A stretch of 63,988 bases of DNA, filler included, from Octopus bimaculoides (GCF_001194135.2; 7 parts of 5 records of this genome joined end to end with filler, not necessarily neighbours in it), one strand, 5' to 3'; positions 1-13,939 are shown, numbered from the whole stretch's first letter. The notes: generated by a model from the letters alone, not told the origin. Numbers and translations: made by a program.

Positions 1-140
1 TATGTTCACGAAGTATTTTGTGTTATACACAACTTATACAAAATTTTAAAACAAAATAGGTCTTTTAAGAGGTGAAAAATGCAACTTACATGGGAGCCGA
101 TGTGTCTACCGTCCGTCCATGATGATAGATAGATAGATAG

Positions 141-430
141 AACCCTCTTAAGTATGAAATAGCCTGGATATGGAAAATGAAGAAGATGAAGGACCCAGTT
201 ATTGTTGGGTCCTTGGAAACAGTATTAAAAGGCATCAAGAAGAACATAAAGGAAATTGGAATATAGTGCCCAGTAGAACTGTTAGAAAAGGTTTCCTCCT
301 TGGCACGACCAGAATAATAGAAAAGTATTAGATGGTTGAAAAGAACAAATAACATGGTACCATAGGCTGCAGGTAGTAATTCTGCTAAGCATGTAAAACT
401 CCAGTACCTCCAAAAAAACCTGTAATAAAG
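141..430 (+). mobile_element. 5'-truncated 3' end of an R4/Dong-like (RLE) non-LTR retrotransposon
   Basis: Manual translation gives LKYEIAWIWKMKKMKDPVIVGSLETVLKGIKKNIKEIGI*CPVELLEK, then after a frameshift LLGT.RII.KVLD. This matches the C-terminus of the copies at 38.9, 47.6 and 49.0 kb. It ends in an (AAT)/(GAT) tract at ~430-500. Confidence 0.7.
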
Positions 431-509
431 AGATAATAATAATAATTACGATAATGATGATGAAGATGGCACTGACAATGACGACAACAATAATGATGAT
501 GATTTCTTT

Positions 510-800
510 TATTTGCTGTAACTACACATGGCTCTAATGATTACAGCATAAACAAGAGATGAAGATATGATAAAGTTAACTCAAAATTGATGTTTTCCTC
601 AAGATATTACAAGATGAATATTAGGAAGATAAATATCAAGCATGAGGACTGTTTGATCAGAATATCTGCAATGCACCATTATTAAGGCACCTTTGTTGCT
701 GCTCAGATTCAGAACACTCGACCATATCTCGGGTTCTAGCAGTTTTTGAAGCAAACTATCTGCCCTACTACCAGATTGTGGCCAACCACAAGATATGTAT
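510..800 (-). mobile_element. Possible very degenerate RLE non-LTR 3' end, tail-to-tail with the 141-430 copy
   Basis: The minus strand reads GSRADSLLQK(TA).., loosely like the LQKTALLGTARI.R.VL terminus, and runs into the same microsatellite. The match is weak. Confidence 0.25.
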
Positions 801-1282
801 ACCATGTAGTAGTTAAATTTTGTGTGCATGCATGTGCATCTTGGAAATTCTAGTCTTGTTGATGGTTACTGCATCCATAGCTAGTGACCTGAAGTTATTG
901 ATTAAGTGACTCTACTTTCATGCTGACCTAAGACCACGTACATTTAAATAATATACTCTGAATATAGCTACGTAAATGTTTCAGCAGTCAATATCATTTA
1001 CAGTCATCTCTGAGCTACAGTTTTATATAACATCACTGATTTTGTATAGAAGTTGGAGTTGGCCCTTTTGGATTTACCGGATGTGCCTGCATAGATTGTA
1101 TTGCCCCAGGGTGGGTGGAAAACTCAAGGGTTGGCCAGGTGGTACACATCTAGCTACACCACAGATTTTAAACATGTTTTATTCCAAATATGTATGCATG
1201 TCCAGGCACTAAAAATCATTATTGTTTTTTGTATGTATATTTGGTGTGCAAGATTCTTGATGTGGATACATGTGTTGAAAGA

Positions 1283-1465
1283 AATACAATTAAACCTTGG
1301 GAGAGGCATTATGCCAGTAATAAACACACGCACTGGTTCAGTCCTTTATTAATTTATAAACAAAAAAAAAAAGAAAACTAAATACTGTTTATAAATTAAT
1401 AAAGGAATGAACCAGTGTGTGTGTTTATTACCGGCATAATGCCTCTCCCAAGGTTTAATTGTATT
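1283..1465. repeat. Inverted repeat, 80-bp arms (1283-1362 / 1386-1465), 23-nt A-rich spacer
   Basis: Arms compared by eye: 3 mismatches in 80 bp. The ORF track shows the same peptide (IKPWERHYA..KHTHWF) on both strands. Confidence 0.95.
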
Positions 1466-2767
1466 ATTGTTTTTGTTTATCTTTATATTACAACAGTCAA
1501 GCAGGTTAATGATCAAAGGAATTCTAGCCACAACCCTGCCATATTGTCAGAATATTTTACCTTAGGCCATATTAGAAACATATATTGAAAGTGATTTGAC
1601 TGATATTCCCTGCTGGCCAAGAAACCATGTATAACCAATTATTAGTTTGTGCACTGAAAGTTTGTACTTGAAGTTGTGTTGTACCACTCTCTTTACACAC
1701 CAAATAAGAGCATTAAAAAGAAAAACATTATAATTTATGTAGGTTAGAGGTGTACTGAATCTGAAACGTTTTGAAGAATATTGTGTTCTTTTGAAATGTC
1801 TGGGAATGAATTACATTTGCAAAAATGCTATGCACAACCATCGGCATGTTTCTGAAAAACAGGTAAGTAAAGCTGATGAACTGGAATATTTTGTATATTT
1901 TAAAAAAATATCTAGCACAGAGTCAGAGTAAAGTTTGTAAACATTTGCCTGATCATCTAAAAGTGGAAAAAAATTGTTGTATACGTAGCTAGTGTTTCAG
2001 ACAGTTTTATTTATTTACTTCTGAAAAAAAATTGAGAAATGCTTAACCAAGTACATTTTCGAATGAGACAATATTGAAAAATGGTATTCTTATAAGTTTG
2101 TATTTTTTATACAATAAAATTTATAAAATATATTTACTCCTATGTATGTATGTGCTCACACATACACACATGCATATATGTATATATGCACTCACATATA
2201 TGTGTGTGTGTGTTTGTTTATTTATATATATATATATGTATATATATACCAAAGTAAAATATATGTACATGTTTACATTTCTCTCACTAAATATACTCCT
2301 CCCTTCCTTATTTATGTGTTTGGGTGTTTCAATGTGCAACCATAAAGTAAAAGCGATCAATACAATCAAGTAGAGTATGTAACTACTTTTATTGTAAGTG
2401 AAGATTATTCCTTTATTGTAATAATAGCATAGTATACAGGACAAAATTTCTCTTCCCATAATTTCTGAGAAGAGCTCTACTATTGTCAACTTGGACATGC
2501 TATGCAACTCAGTAACCCACCCATCTCACCTAACCTCTATCCCAACTACTGACCAAAGGTGAGAATACATCGAGACTCCAATCTCATGTTAGTTTGAGCT
2601 GACCTGCTTACTCCAAAACAGGCCTCACCAATTTCCCTCTTCCTCACTTGATGTCACCTTCCTTTATACTTCCAGTCCATCCCTTTGGCTGTTCCCTTCA
2701 CATGCTTAACATCTTTGGCCCTGACCCACTATGCCAAGATCTAATTATCACTCCAGGCACTCACATT

Positions 2768-2936
2768 CAGGTGTGGCTGTGTGGTAAGTAGCTTGCTTAC
2801 CAACCACATGGTTCCGGGTTCAGTCCCACTGGGTGACACCTTTTGCAAGTGTCTGCTACTATAGCCTCAGGCCAACCAAAGCCTTGTGAGTGGATTTGGT
2901 AGACGGAAACTGAAAGAAGCCCGTCGTATATATGTG

Positions 2937-2967
<31 letters not shown>

Positions 2968-3177
2968 TTGTTTGTCTGAGTTTGTCCCCCCAACATCGCT
3001 TGACAACCGATGCTGGTGTGTTTACATCCCCGTAACCTAGTGGTTCGGCAAAAGAGACAGGTAGAATAAGTACTAGACTTCCAAAGAATGAGTCCTGGGG
3101 TCGATTTGCTCAACTAAAGGTGGTGCTCCAGCATGGCTGCAATCAAATGACTGAAACAAGTAAATGAGTAAAAGAGT
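2768..3177 (+). mobile_element. tRNA-derived SINE, family A, near full length
   Basis: A-box-like TGGCTGTGTGG and B-box-like GGTTCAGTCC in the head, an internal (TA)n/(TG)n tract, and 3' end ...CAAATGACTGAAACAAGTAAA. More than 15 related copies occur in the window. Confidence 0.9.
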
Positions 3178-3259
3178 AATACTGTAATTAGTTCATTTTT
3201 AGCAGTAGTGATTGCTAGGCTTGCACTGTAATATCTGAGATTCTATTAACCTATAGCAC

Positions 3260-3720
3260 TGTTGGAATTTACACTGCAGACAACAGAACTTTCCTATATA
3301 GCTATTCTCTGTGATACTCTGCCCATAAAAATAGAAGAGATAAGCAGATGTCAAAATTGCAAAGATAGGTACAATTATGAGGGTTTCTAATATGTCTAAG
3401 ATGCGATAAAAGGAAAATACTAGGGATATAGAAGAATAATGAACTCAGATGCTTCCACTGGAAAACTATTCCATGATTTATAAAAAGCAATAAGAATTCC
3501 TGGACTGAGAATGTATTTATTACATGGTTGAGATAATTCCACAGGGAGCTGATTCAGAGGAAAAGAAAAGTCATAATGTTTGTTCACAACTGCACTACCA
3601 ACCCAGCAATAGCAAAAGATAAATTAGTCAAACTAATGATTCTCCCAACACACACAACATTGGGAATACAACCATAGAACAAAAGAATTGGATAAGTTTT
3701 GAAATTCTTGTCATTGTTAA
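3260..3720 (+). pseudogene. Tigger/pogo (CENP-B-like DDE_1) transposase fossil
   Basis: Translation includes ..SNKNSWTENVFITWLR*FHRELIQRKRKVIMFVHNCTTNP..VKLMILPTHTTLGIQP*NKRIG, matching the pogo pattern AWMT..F..W..RKILL.VDN..HP..FLPPNTTS.LQP.DQGII. Stops are present. Confidence 0.65.
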
Positions 3721-4940
3721 TTTTCCAGGAATAAAAGCAAATTACCAAATGAAAATCACATTACTGGATATTATTTATCAAATCAAAAACGTCATATAAT
3801 ATTTTTTTAAGACTTCCACTTTCACTAGTTCAGTTCCAGAGGGTTAATTTTACAGCTGAGATGTGACGTTTGCTTCAGAAATGAGCTTACTATGACAACA
3901 GAAGAACAATTTCAAGTGTATTGGAGACAGGATAATGATGGGAATGGTTAAAGTTGTGATACTATTTGTTTCAAGAAATTAGACTAGGCTCTTTATGCTG
4001 ATAGTGAGCAAGATTCTTAGAAGCAAAAAACTGAAAATATTGACAGGTTTTATGCCATTGAAAACTTGTAGGAATCAGTAGCAGCTAGAAACTGAAGTCA
4101 AAGATCATGGTATGTATCAATCAGGTACCATAGTGATGCCAAAGTATTTATAGTTGTATAAACTACAAATTTGTTATTTTAATTCATTATTTGCTGAATC
4201 TCATATTGGAAATGGATTAAAACATGAATACTTCAACAAATGAAACAATATATTCCCCCCAGAAAACATAAGCAATAATTTTTTTTTTGGGGGGGGGGAG
4301 AAATTGTTGTAAATCGATTAAATATATAATTTGAAATTATCTATGACCATTTTCCAATATATGAAACTAATAAATATTATTTTTTGCTGCTTCAAACTAA
4401 TATTTCTTCATGATTTAAAAATAAAAACTACACAAACTGCATTGTAAGTAAAACATTCTTTATTGTTGCTTTATTCTATAATTTATACATGTGGAATATA
4501 GCCACAATATCTTACAATTGATACTGTATTGAAATTACGTATCTTATCAGCAACTATGTAAATTCAATTAATTGCATACTTTAGTTAATTTTATAGGAAT
4601 TTCAATTACTAACATGATGCAGTTAAATGAATCAACTACATAAAAAAGGTGTGATACATTACTACCAGTTTCTTCCCTCAAATGAGTCAATGAAGGAGCT
4701 TCTTTGTGGTTGGTTTAAATTTTAGAAATATTAACAGGCGAAACCATTGGTACATAGGTAATCGTTTTTTTTATTTCGTATATTTTCATTTGTCTTGCTC
4801 ATTTTTACAGTCTGGCGTTATGGCTGAAATTTTTTTCTTGAGAACATACTCTTCATGGTTAGGTGATTTGGCATCTATTTCTAGCATATAGGAGTCCACT
4901 TTGGTGGTCATTCCTCTTAATTTTGTATATTTATATATAT

Positions 4941-5007
<67 letters not shown>

Positions 5008-5567
5008 ATATGTATTGTGTGTGTGTATGTGTTTTTGTGCATGCATGTGTGTATATGTGTGTGATGGATTTTACCTGTTTCAATAGTGAGGATTCTGTTT
5101 GATCAAGTGAACTAGCTACTCATAAGATTAATGCAACAGACAGTTGCAGGCCAAATGAAAATTATTGAAATTGTTACATGGCAAGACCATTGAATTACAG
5201 ATACAATCCTTTCAGAAGGCCACTTCATAATTTCCAATACCTGAATTTTACTCAAAGTTATGGTGAAAGATAATTGTTCTCAATGTCATGCAAAGGAACT
5301 GAACCATGGACATCATGATTGTGAAACAAACTTCTTAACTAACACTACTAAGCTTGCATCTGTCTATTTGTCTGTCTGTCTTTCTTTCTTTCTTTTTCTC
5401 TCTCTCTTTATATATATATATATATGTATATGTATANNNNNNNNNNGTGTGTGTGTGTGTATGTATGTATGTATGCATGTGTGTAATGCACATACATATG
5501 CATATTATTTATCTATCTGTTTGTCTGTCTCTCTCTCTCTTTCTCTCTCTTCTCTGTGTGTGTGTAT

Positions 5568-5606
5568 ATCGTTTAACGTCCGCTTTCCATGCTAGCATGG
5601 GTTGGA
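5568..5606 (-). mobile_element. RTE-type LINE 3' terminal fragment
   Basis: CGTTTAACGTCCGCTTTCCATGCTAGCATGGGTTGGA closely matches the RTE tails at 21.0 and 45.5 kb. Confidence 0.7.
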
Positions 5607-6194
5607 TAATGTGTGTGTGTGTGTGTGCGTAGTTACACACACACACACACACACAGAGTCTGTGTGTAAATGTAACCATACATATAATAATATGTTATTG
5701 ATTACCTTCAGTGCATAATCATATAGTATTAAATCAAGACAACACTTAAATCTTAGCTAGGAATATATATTGGACAAAAACAGAAAGATAAGTCATGAAT
5801 ATTGATGTGTACCTCTTTATGCAATATGCAAATCTCACAGCTTCTAAATAATTCAATTAAATTCCTATGGTGTTATAATTTACCACTGAAAAATGTATGG
5901 GATTAGAAAATTATATAAACTTGATACGCATTTTGTATTCGGAAATTTCTTTAATTTTTGCAGTTATCATATGTCTGTTCTTATATTCTCTTCTCTTCAT
6001 GCATTTTCAACTTTCTCTTTCAGTCTGCCATGGACATTACTTTATTCATACTTTAATTGTGTAGTTTTATTTATTTTCTTAATCACAAAATGAAGGAGCA
6101 CCATATTTTAATTGATGAAAATTCTGAGAGATATAATATAATATCACATAAATGATGCATAATTCATATAGCAGAGAAATCAAGATTTACATGA

Positions 6195-6300
6195 ACAACA
6201 AGTGGTGGTGGTGGTGGCGTTGGCGGTGGTGGTGGTGGTGGTGGCGTTGGCAGCAGTAATAGTAGTAGTAGTAGTAGGCGGAGGAGGAGTTGAAGAAGAA
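6195..6300. repeat. Compound trinucleotide microsatellite (GGT/AGT/GGA/GAA)
   Basis: Directly visible; it produces the poly-H/poly-Y ORF 6187-6501. Confidence 0.9.
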
Positions 6301-8194
6301 GCTAATAATAGTATGAGGAATTAAGATTATAAAACTAACAATACCAGAACAAGAGGAAACCAAAATCTGTGACAAAACAAAATGAAGAGCAAGGATGATA
6401 TATAAGAAATTGAAGTAGAGCACAACATGTATGAGAATCTGTAGAATTAAGAGACAGAAAATATTACTTAAACTAAAATTTGAAAAGAAAATCTTTTCCA
6501 ATTTTCCAACAAAAGCTTATTAGTTACTTGCACTGATAAAAGTTTAGGTTTTGCCATCAAAGGCCTATTTTTATGTAGAAAACTTTGAAATATTATCATA
6601 TTTATCTTTGATTAGATTTGCAGCCATATTATAGAAAATAGAAACTGGTTCTTGTATATTACTACTGAAGAGTATTTTAGGGCAATATAATTATTAAAAC
6701 TTTCTAAAATTGTAAGAATTGGAATGAACTTATAATCCAAAATAATGTTATTTGTTCTAATGATACTATTTAGCTGCTGCTGCTGCCCCCTAGAGTCTTA
6801 CAGGAGTGATTACATTCCTATGCATCTTGTCAAACTTTATTTGTGCTCACTTTACTAATAAAAGAAACTTCAAAATCTGGAATCAGCAAGGTGTTGTTTC
6901 TTCTATAACTCACAGCAAATTTCTAACATGGCAAACTTATTGTTTCAAATGATATGAAAGGAAGTATGTCAGAAAACCTGACATACTTTCACTAAAACTG
7001 ATACTCTAGTATGACTTCAACTATTGTGACAAAAATAAACTAAAATCTTATAGTACTAGTGACTTCTTCAAACTTGTCTATAATTGCCAGGTTTCAAAAT
7101 GCGTAGACAACCATCAAAACATATGTGTGCAAAGTGATCATTTGAAATCAAACTAATACAGTAATCTAAGTCAATATTTATGCTGCTTTTTATTGTTTGC
7201 ATGTATCACAAATCTCTCAGTGGAAATCAACACTGTGTAATATATGTTAACAATAACTACTTTAATAACCCTTGGGTAATTTCTTAATAAAGCAAAACTC
7301 TGTTTTTTAATCATAAGACTTATTTGAAATGCTTTGGGAATTATGAACATTCTAGAAATAGCAAACCGGTGGTGATATGTTCATTAAAGCATAATAACAA
7401 ATGTTAATCTATTTTATGAACGTTTTTACTGAAAATGCTTGCTTATCATAATTAAATTATGCTGAATATCTATAAAAATTATGTTTTGTCTTAATTCTTC
7501 ATAATTAGATTTAAAATTCTTCAAACATTTTGCTGCTATAGCCACTGTATGACATGAAATTATAATTTGATGCAAAAAATTACTGAATGTCTATTTGGAC
7601 TTTAAAATTTGTTTCTGCATTAAAAAATCATAAATGAAGTATAAAGATACTTTCTTGGAATTAAAAATATTATTATCATCCTTTTTTTTTAAATAAATTT
7701 TCAGGTATAGGAAAAGTAACAGGTCTAATGTTTGTTATAACATAATACCATTTTCTTAATGCTAAATTAAAATAATTATAAGTTACGCTATATGAGTAAA
7801 TGGTTTTCTGATTATAATTGCTCTTGAAATTTGTTCTTGCTAATAACAATAGTAATTAACAGCAGTGCTCCTCAGTGAGTGACTCATAAGCAGCACATTT
7901 TCCCCGCAAAAATTTGCCTTGTGTCTCTCTTAATATCAGGAAAGCTCGTCTTTCTTTCCTCAACAAGCAACATTTGTTCTTAAAATCCTAATGTAAATTC
8001 CGCAACTTTGGTCAATGCCATAAGATGATATGCCAGTAGAGTTAGAAAATTGGCTACTTAATGATATATTTTTGAATTCAGTCTCATGGTATTGTACATT
8101 GAGTAAGTAAATGTCTTGTAATATTCCTGGACAACCAAAGCCGTGTGAGTATATTTAAAGGACAGAAATTGAGAGAAGTCAATTGTATATATTT

Positions 8195-8590
8195 ATATTC
8201 TTTTATTTGTTTCAGTCATTTGACTGCGGCCTTGCTGGAGCACCACCTTTAGTTGATTAAATCAACCCCAGGACTTATTCTTTGTAAGCCTAATACTTAT
8301 TCTATTGGTGTCTTTTGCCAAACCGCTAAGTTACAGGAATGTAAACGCACCAACATTGGTTGTTAAGTGATGGTGGGGGGACAAACACAAACATAGACTC
8401 ACGCACACACACACCACACGCATGCACACACACACGCACGCACACACACACACATACACACACAACAGGCTTCTTTCAGTTTCTGTCTACCAAATCCACT
8501 CACAAGGCTTTGGTTGGCCCAAGGCTATAGTAGAAGACACTCGCCCAAGGTACCATGCAGTGGGACTGAACCTAGAACCGTATGGTTGGT
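8195..8590 (-). mobile_element. SINE family A, near full length
   Basis: Reverse-complement match to 2768-3177, with an internal (CA)n tract. Confidence 0.9.
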
Positions 8591-8694
8591 AAGCAAGCTA
8601 CTTACCACATTATATNNNNNNNNNNNNNNNNNNNNNNNNNNNNNNNNNNNNNNNNNNNNNNNNNNNNNNNNNNNNNNNNNNNNNNNNNNNATAT

Positions 8695-9080
8695 ATAAAC
8701 AAATAGTAAATGAGTATATGCATATATACGTACAGGTATGTGCATACCGACATCCACCCGTATGTATAGGTGCATATCTGGGTACAGGACATTGCAAACA
8801 AAACGTAGAGGAGAAAACACGCAAGCCACATAGAGAACATTCGACGCATCGTTAAAACGGCTCTTCCCATGGACTACGAATTAAATTTGTATACACAAAT
8901 TAAATCTTGCCATGGAGGAATGTAGTGGTGGACAAAAAACAAGACAGGAAAACAAACAGAAAAGGCTTTACGGCCAGACGAGAAAAATTATGTGTATGAA
9001 GGCTGTGAGGCACGAACTTGAAAGTAGGGACGAAGTAGTTCGCGTGTTTGCTCGGCGATAGCCAAGGAAGAAAAGGATTT
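8695..9080. repeat. Dispersed repeat family X (unclassified, possibly Penelope-like terminal repeat)
   Basis: 8695-8810 matches 15120-15235; 8975-9070 matches 61420-61510. Confidence 0.75.
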
Positions 9081-11198
9081 ATATATATATATATATATTT
9101 GTGTTTTGTGTGTGTGCATGTACACATGCATGCACATGTGTATGTATGCACATGTACATACGTGTGTGTGCACATGTGTGCATGCATGTTTATGTTTGCT
9201 GCATATTTGTTGATATTGCTCTTCTCTGAAAATCACTGAGCTGCAATCAGTGATGTCAGTGTCATTTCTCCATGAACAAACTATTTACTGGCTTTCAGCC
9301 TTTGAAGAGATGTAAAATAAGAGATCCCTTATTTGAAGAACAAGTAAGAGTTAGCAACAAGAGGACCATCCAGTTATAAATCTATGCCTCAAGAATATAT
9401 TTTCTAACCCATGCTAGTGTGGTAAAACAGATGTAAAAATGTATGAATGAGAGCATCTGTACTCATTGTTATTACCAACTGTTTTCTTGTACAATATAAC
9501 AAGTCATATCATCAGGTTATCTACATAAAATAACTATCCTTACACTGTTTTGATGTAGTACCTTGTGCATTGATAAAATATTCATGTAAGGTTAGATATG
9601 AATATCAATATTTTGTACATGTTCACTTCTTAAACAAGAAAATTAGACATGAAATTGAAGAAAATATATTTGATACAATTTTGAAAGAGAAACAATTATT
9701 TAAAATGTTTTCATCCAACTGGAGTTTAAAGCAAATGATTTCATTTTCCAAACTTTTATTGGTAGAAATTTTATATTTGTAGTTACATATGTAGCGGCCT
9801 TATGGAGACAAGTTTAGTTTCACTGCTTTGCCACATGTATTATTTTACCCGTTCAGAGCTATTAGCCACTCAATCATTTTTGGCCGAGATAAATAGAATA
9901 CATGACTATTTTCTATGTTGCCATGTGTTATTTTAGCTAGAGACTGTTAGTCTGTGAGCTATATTTTGGCAATTTTAGAGAAGTCACGATTTCCTCACCC
10001 TTTCTTAACCATCACTTGCAGCTGCTACCTTATTTTGCTGTCCCTCTCTCTCACACACTTTCTCCCTCTCTTTTTCTCTCAAAGCTACACATTAGCTTTG
10101 GTCTTGCCTTTACAGAATAATTTCTATCAGTTTAAATGTAAGTATTTTGTATGATTTTTCTCTTTACTGATGGACATTTATATTCTTGCATATGTTTTTC
10201 TCTACAATTTAGAAAGTATCTATGTATATGAACATTTCTATAGCACAAATGATCCAGTTAACTTTGTAAAACAAGGAAATATATATATGCATTACTGAAT
10301 ACAATTATGTAAACTTTGTCTTGACTGATCTTGTAAATTATGATCTGTTATATTCCATAGTGAATTCTATCCTCTCTCAAATTTGTGTCCACAGACCAGC
10401 TACTACGTAATTGTTATTACATCATTTCACTAAAAAGATTGGCAGTGATCTGCTTTTTTGTTAGTATATATGAAATAAAAGACAAAAGTCATATATACTT
10501 CATTATCACCGTTTCTCTACTAGCAATTCCATTAATTTTCTACAAATATATTATTCTGAATTATGAAACCTCTAAAGAAAAGCTTATATCCTAAATCCTA
10601 TTCTAATGTTCAAAGAAAACTGTTGAATTCACTTTCACTATTAATGTATGTACAAGCCACATTAGTAGATGATGCATTCATTAGTTTCGACACTCATAAA
10701 TAAATGAATTTGAATAGAAGTTGTGAGAATCATATTCTGTCTGTTGGCTAATAAGTGAGGTTATTAAGTATCTACTAAAATTAGTGACATCAATGATAAC
10801 TAATGTGGATTGAGTAATGTGTAGATGTTAATGTTGGATGATCAAATTATTGCGTGCATATCTACAGTTAGCAGGTAGGCAGACAAATGATTAAGAATGG
10901 TCCATCAATCTCTGGGGTTTTTTTTCTGTTATGCTATGCTTGTGAAGCTGAGGACCATACTGAACACATGTGAAATGCAGTGGTGAATTGTATGGGGTAC
11001 AATATGACAGTTTGAAAATATATTTTCTGCATTGCCTAGTCTATTTCAGTCTATGTAGTTATCATTTTGGCAGTGTGCATCCCAGTACTGTGTTGGCGGT
11101 TATTGTAAATGAAGTTATTTCTGTCTGTTTATGTTTTTCATTTTTGATTCAGCTGAGTTGGAGAGATTAGGTTCTTAGAATGTTCTTATATTCTAGAG

Positions 11199-11501
11199 CA
11201 TAGGTTCTCAAAGTGTGCATTGAGACAGTCCAGGTGGGTGCTAGTGCCTAAGGGGGTGGTAGAGAAAAAGAAGGCATTGGGACGAAGGCAGTGGATTGGG
11301 GGACGCTATGAATTTATTATAATATTATTATAGTATTGTATATAAATTATATAATATTATATTAAATATCAAATGACTCATCATATATATAAATTAGTAA
11401 AATATAAAATATCTATTTATACATAAAAATAGGGGTGGGGACGCTGAGGGTATTATGTGGCCATGAGTGGGGCAGTGGCCCAAAATATTTGAGCACCTCT
11501 G
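11199..11501. mobile_element. hAT (Charlie-like) MITE with 8-bp TSD TTCTAGAG
   Basis: TTCTAGAG at 11191-11198 and 11502-11509. Imperfect TIRs CATAGGTTCTCAAA / rc CAGAGGTGCTCAAA. An NTCTAGAN target is typical of Charlie-type hATs. Confidence 0.85.
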
Positions 11502-11696
11502 TTCTAGAGTACTGAATATGTGCTTGGGTGTTTGGAGGCATTTTTCATACAGTGGAATGGATCATAAGAAATGAAGCTTTCAACGGTGAAAAAACAGTGT
11601 TCCTTAAATGTCCAATGGCTTTTTACTTTTAGTATTTTCATAACCATGCAAAAGCATTGCTTTTCGTTCTTTGTAATTTATTGTATTTTCTTGTAG

Positions 11697-11788
11697 AGGG
11701 ACCTAGACCTCGGGCAACTCTCACATATTCTGCAATGGATCTAATATTTGCATCCTGTTCTTGCTGCTTTTTCTATGAGGCAAATTAG
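11697..11788 (+). CDS. Candidate terminal coding exon, (E)GPRPRATLTYSAMDLIFASCSCCFFYEAN*
   Basis: Strong acceptor TTTATTGTATTTTCTTGTAG at 11696 and an open phase-1 frame to TAG; no homology recognised. Confidence 0.2.
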
Positions 11789-11809
11789 TGTGTGTGTGTG
11801 TGAGAAAGA

Positions 11810-11905
11810 GAGAGAGAGAGAGAGCGCAGCAGAGAGAGAGAGGGCAGCAGAGAGAGAGAGGGCAGCAGAGAGAGAGAGGGCAGCAGAGAGAGAGAGAGAG
11901 AGCGA
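11810..11905. repeat. (GA)n-derived 18-bp minisatellite GAGGGCAGCAGAGAGAGA x4
   Basis: Directly visible tandem units; they give the AAERER repeat in the ORF track. Confidence 0.9.
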
Positions 11906-13688
11906 GATCTATGCATGTTTATATACAGTTTTGCACCCTTTGTCTTTTATGTGTGCAGTGAAATTTGAAATATCATATGTAACTCCTAGTATTTGTATCT
12001 TCTTTATCAGTGGTATGTTTATGCTGTCAAATGTGTGACTTGTATTTCATCTTCTTTGGCGAGATGAGTGGTGAGAGGATTTGATTCTGAAGGAATTTAG
12101 GGTAAAACTCAACAAAGGCTTGTTGATTTGATTGGTCGTATACTAGCTAATGTTTTGTTTTGTTTGTTAACATGTTAAGTATTTTGTCCATAAGTTGAAA
12201 GTCAGAAATGGATTGAAAGTTGTGTTAATGCCAATGGTGAGTAGAAAGCTGCTTATCATTTCGTTGCTGTTGAAACCATTCTGGATCTACTGTATTATGT
12301 TAATCATTAGTCAAGTGATCTAAATTTGTATTGTGATTTTAACAGGGGAATGCTTTATACTGAGTTATCAGTTCAATACTACTACTAGATACCTACAATA
12401 TCTTTTGTGGAGTCCATTCTGTTCAAAGCATTTAGGCTAAGTTTCCAGTTTGAGTATATCTTTCTCTTTCCCTTCACCTGTTTTGGAGGTTCTGTAACAG
12501 TCATAAGTACTGCCTTCACTCTGGATAAAAGATTAGAAATATGCTGACAGTGCATTTTACTGTACACTGTTCTAATTTTTTACTGAGTCTGCTTTTCTTG
12601 TTGTTTCGTTGAGGTATATTNNNNNNNNNNNNNNNNNNNNNNNNNNNNNNNNNNNNNNNNNNNNNNNNNNNNNNNNNNNNNNNNNNNNNNNNNNNNNNNN
12701 NNNNNNNNNNNNNNNNNNNNNNNNNNNNNNNNNNNNNNNNNNNNNNNTGTTCTAATTTTTTACTGAGTCTGCTTTTCTTGTTGTTTCGTTGAGGTATATT
12801 TTGTAACTGTTTTGTGAATATATTTTTTGGATGCATCTGAATTTGTTTTCAGGAATGTTTGTTCTGCAATACCTGTTTTACTGATTGTGATATTGCTGAA
12901 GTCTAAAAACTTCTTAATGGAACTAGTTCCAGGGAGACGTTTTAAGTTTGTAAAAATGTTTCCGTGCAGTGCATTGATGCATGACTGTGTTGTGATGACG
13001 AGTGGTGGATAGCCTGGAATCTAGATGTGTTAAGCAGAAGGAAATTGTGAGGAAAGAGTTTTTGTAGATAACATCATGAGGCATGAATACTTTGTGTGTA
13101 ATGTGATGATGCTATTATATCACCCGCAAAGATTTTGTATTAATTTAGCACCTGGATAAATTGAGAGCATTAATCCAGCAACTTGATGCTGTTATGCTAT
13201 ATTGCATAAAATAGCGTAAGCCATAAATATCATCATGATCAACATCAGTTTTGTTTTTGTTCATAGTTGTGTTGAAAATTGGGATATTCACCATGATACA
13301 GAAAATAGGAACAGCATACAGATAAATAGATAAATATTTTATACAGTAGAAATTATCTGCAAAATATATATTTCTGTTTTCCCTTGTGATGACTGGGATG
13401 AGCCTCACCAATTAAAAGATTGTGTAGATGATTCAAAATAAGTTGCAATTCAACATTAAAACATGTCATTCAGGCTATATGAAAGGAATAAGTACAAATG
13501 TATGTAGAATATAGTTAATTCAGCTGAGAGAGAAGTGAACAGAATGTTCTACAAATTTATTGATAAGAGAAACTTGTGTGTGCGTGTGTTTGTGTGTGTG
13601 TGCATGCAAATACATACATACACATATATAAATGTAAACACACAAACACAGGCCAGATATGTATATGCACACACACACACACATGCAA

Positions 13689-13723
<35 letters not shown>

Positions 13724-13939
13724 NNNNNNNNNNTATATATATATACAATATGTGGTATAAGATGACAGAAAGTGTTTAATTAATATTACACTTCTTATCA
13801 GAATAGCTGATGCTGGATGTGAATATACTAAAATAAACCTCTGCTAAATTATAGAATTCTTATAGAAAACAATTAAATGTGTGTCTTACTCTCCAAAATA
13901 AACATGACAATGGAAGCATAGAGATAATTATATAGCCAA

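Noticed and set aside
2530-2760. Possible very old LINE 3' end on the minus strand
   Set aside because: Similarity is too faint to support a call.
3855-3950. Possible Ig-like exon LRCDVCFRNELT..VYWRQD, and an open frame at 3257-3371
   Set aside because: Weak donor; the region lies in or next to the Tigger fossil, which explains the reading frames.
6962-6988. 11-bp perfect hairpin
   Set aside because: Too short to be significant in AT-rich DNA.
8825-8875. Possible hammerhead in family X (GAGCCGTT-TT-AACG hairpin)
   Set aside because: CUGANGA and GAAA are absent in this copy.
12567-12800. ~53-bp direct repeat on both sides of an N gap
   Set aside because: Most likely an unmerged contig overlap.
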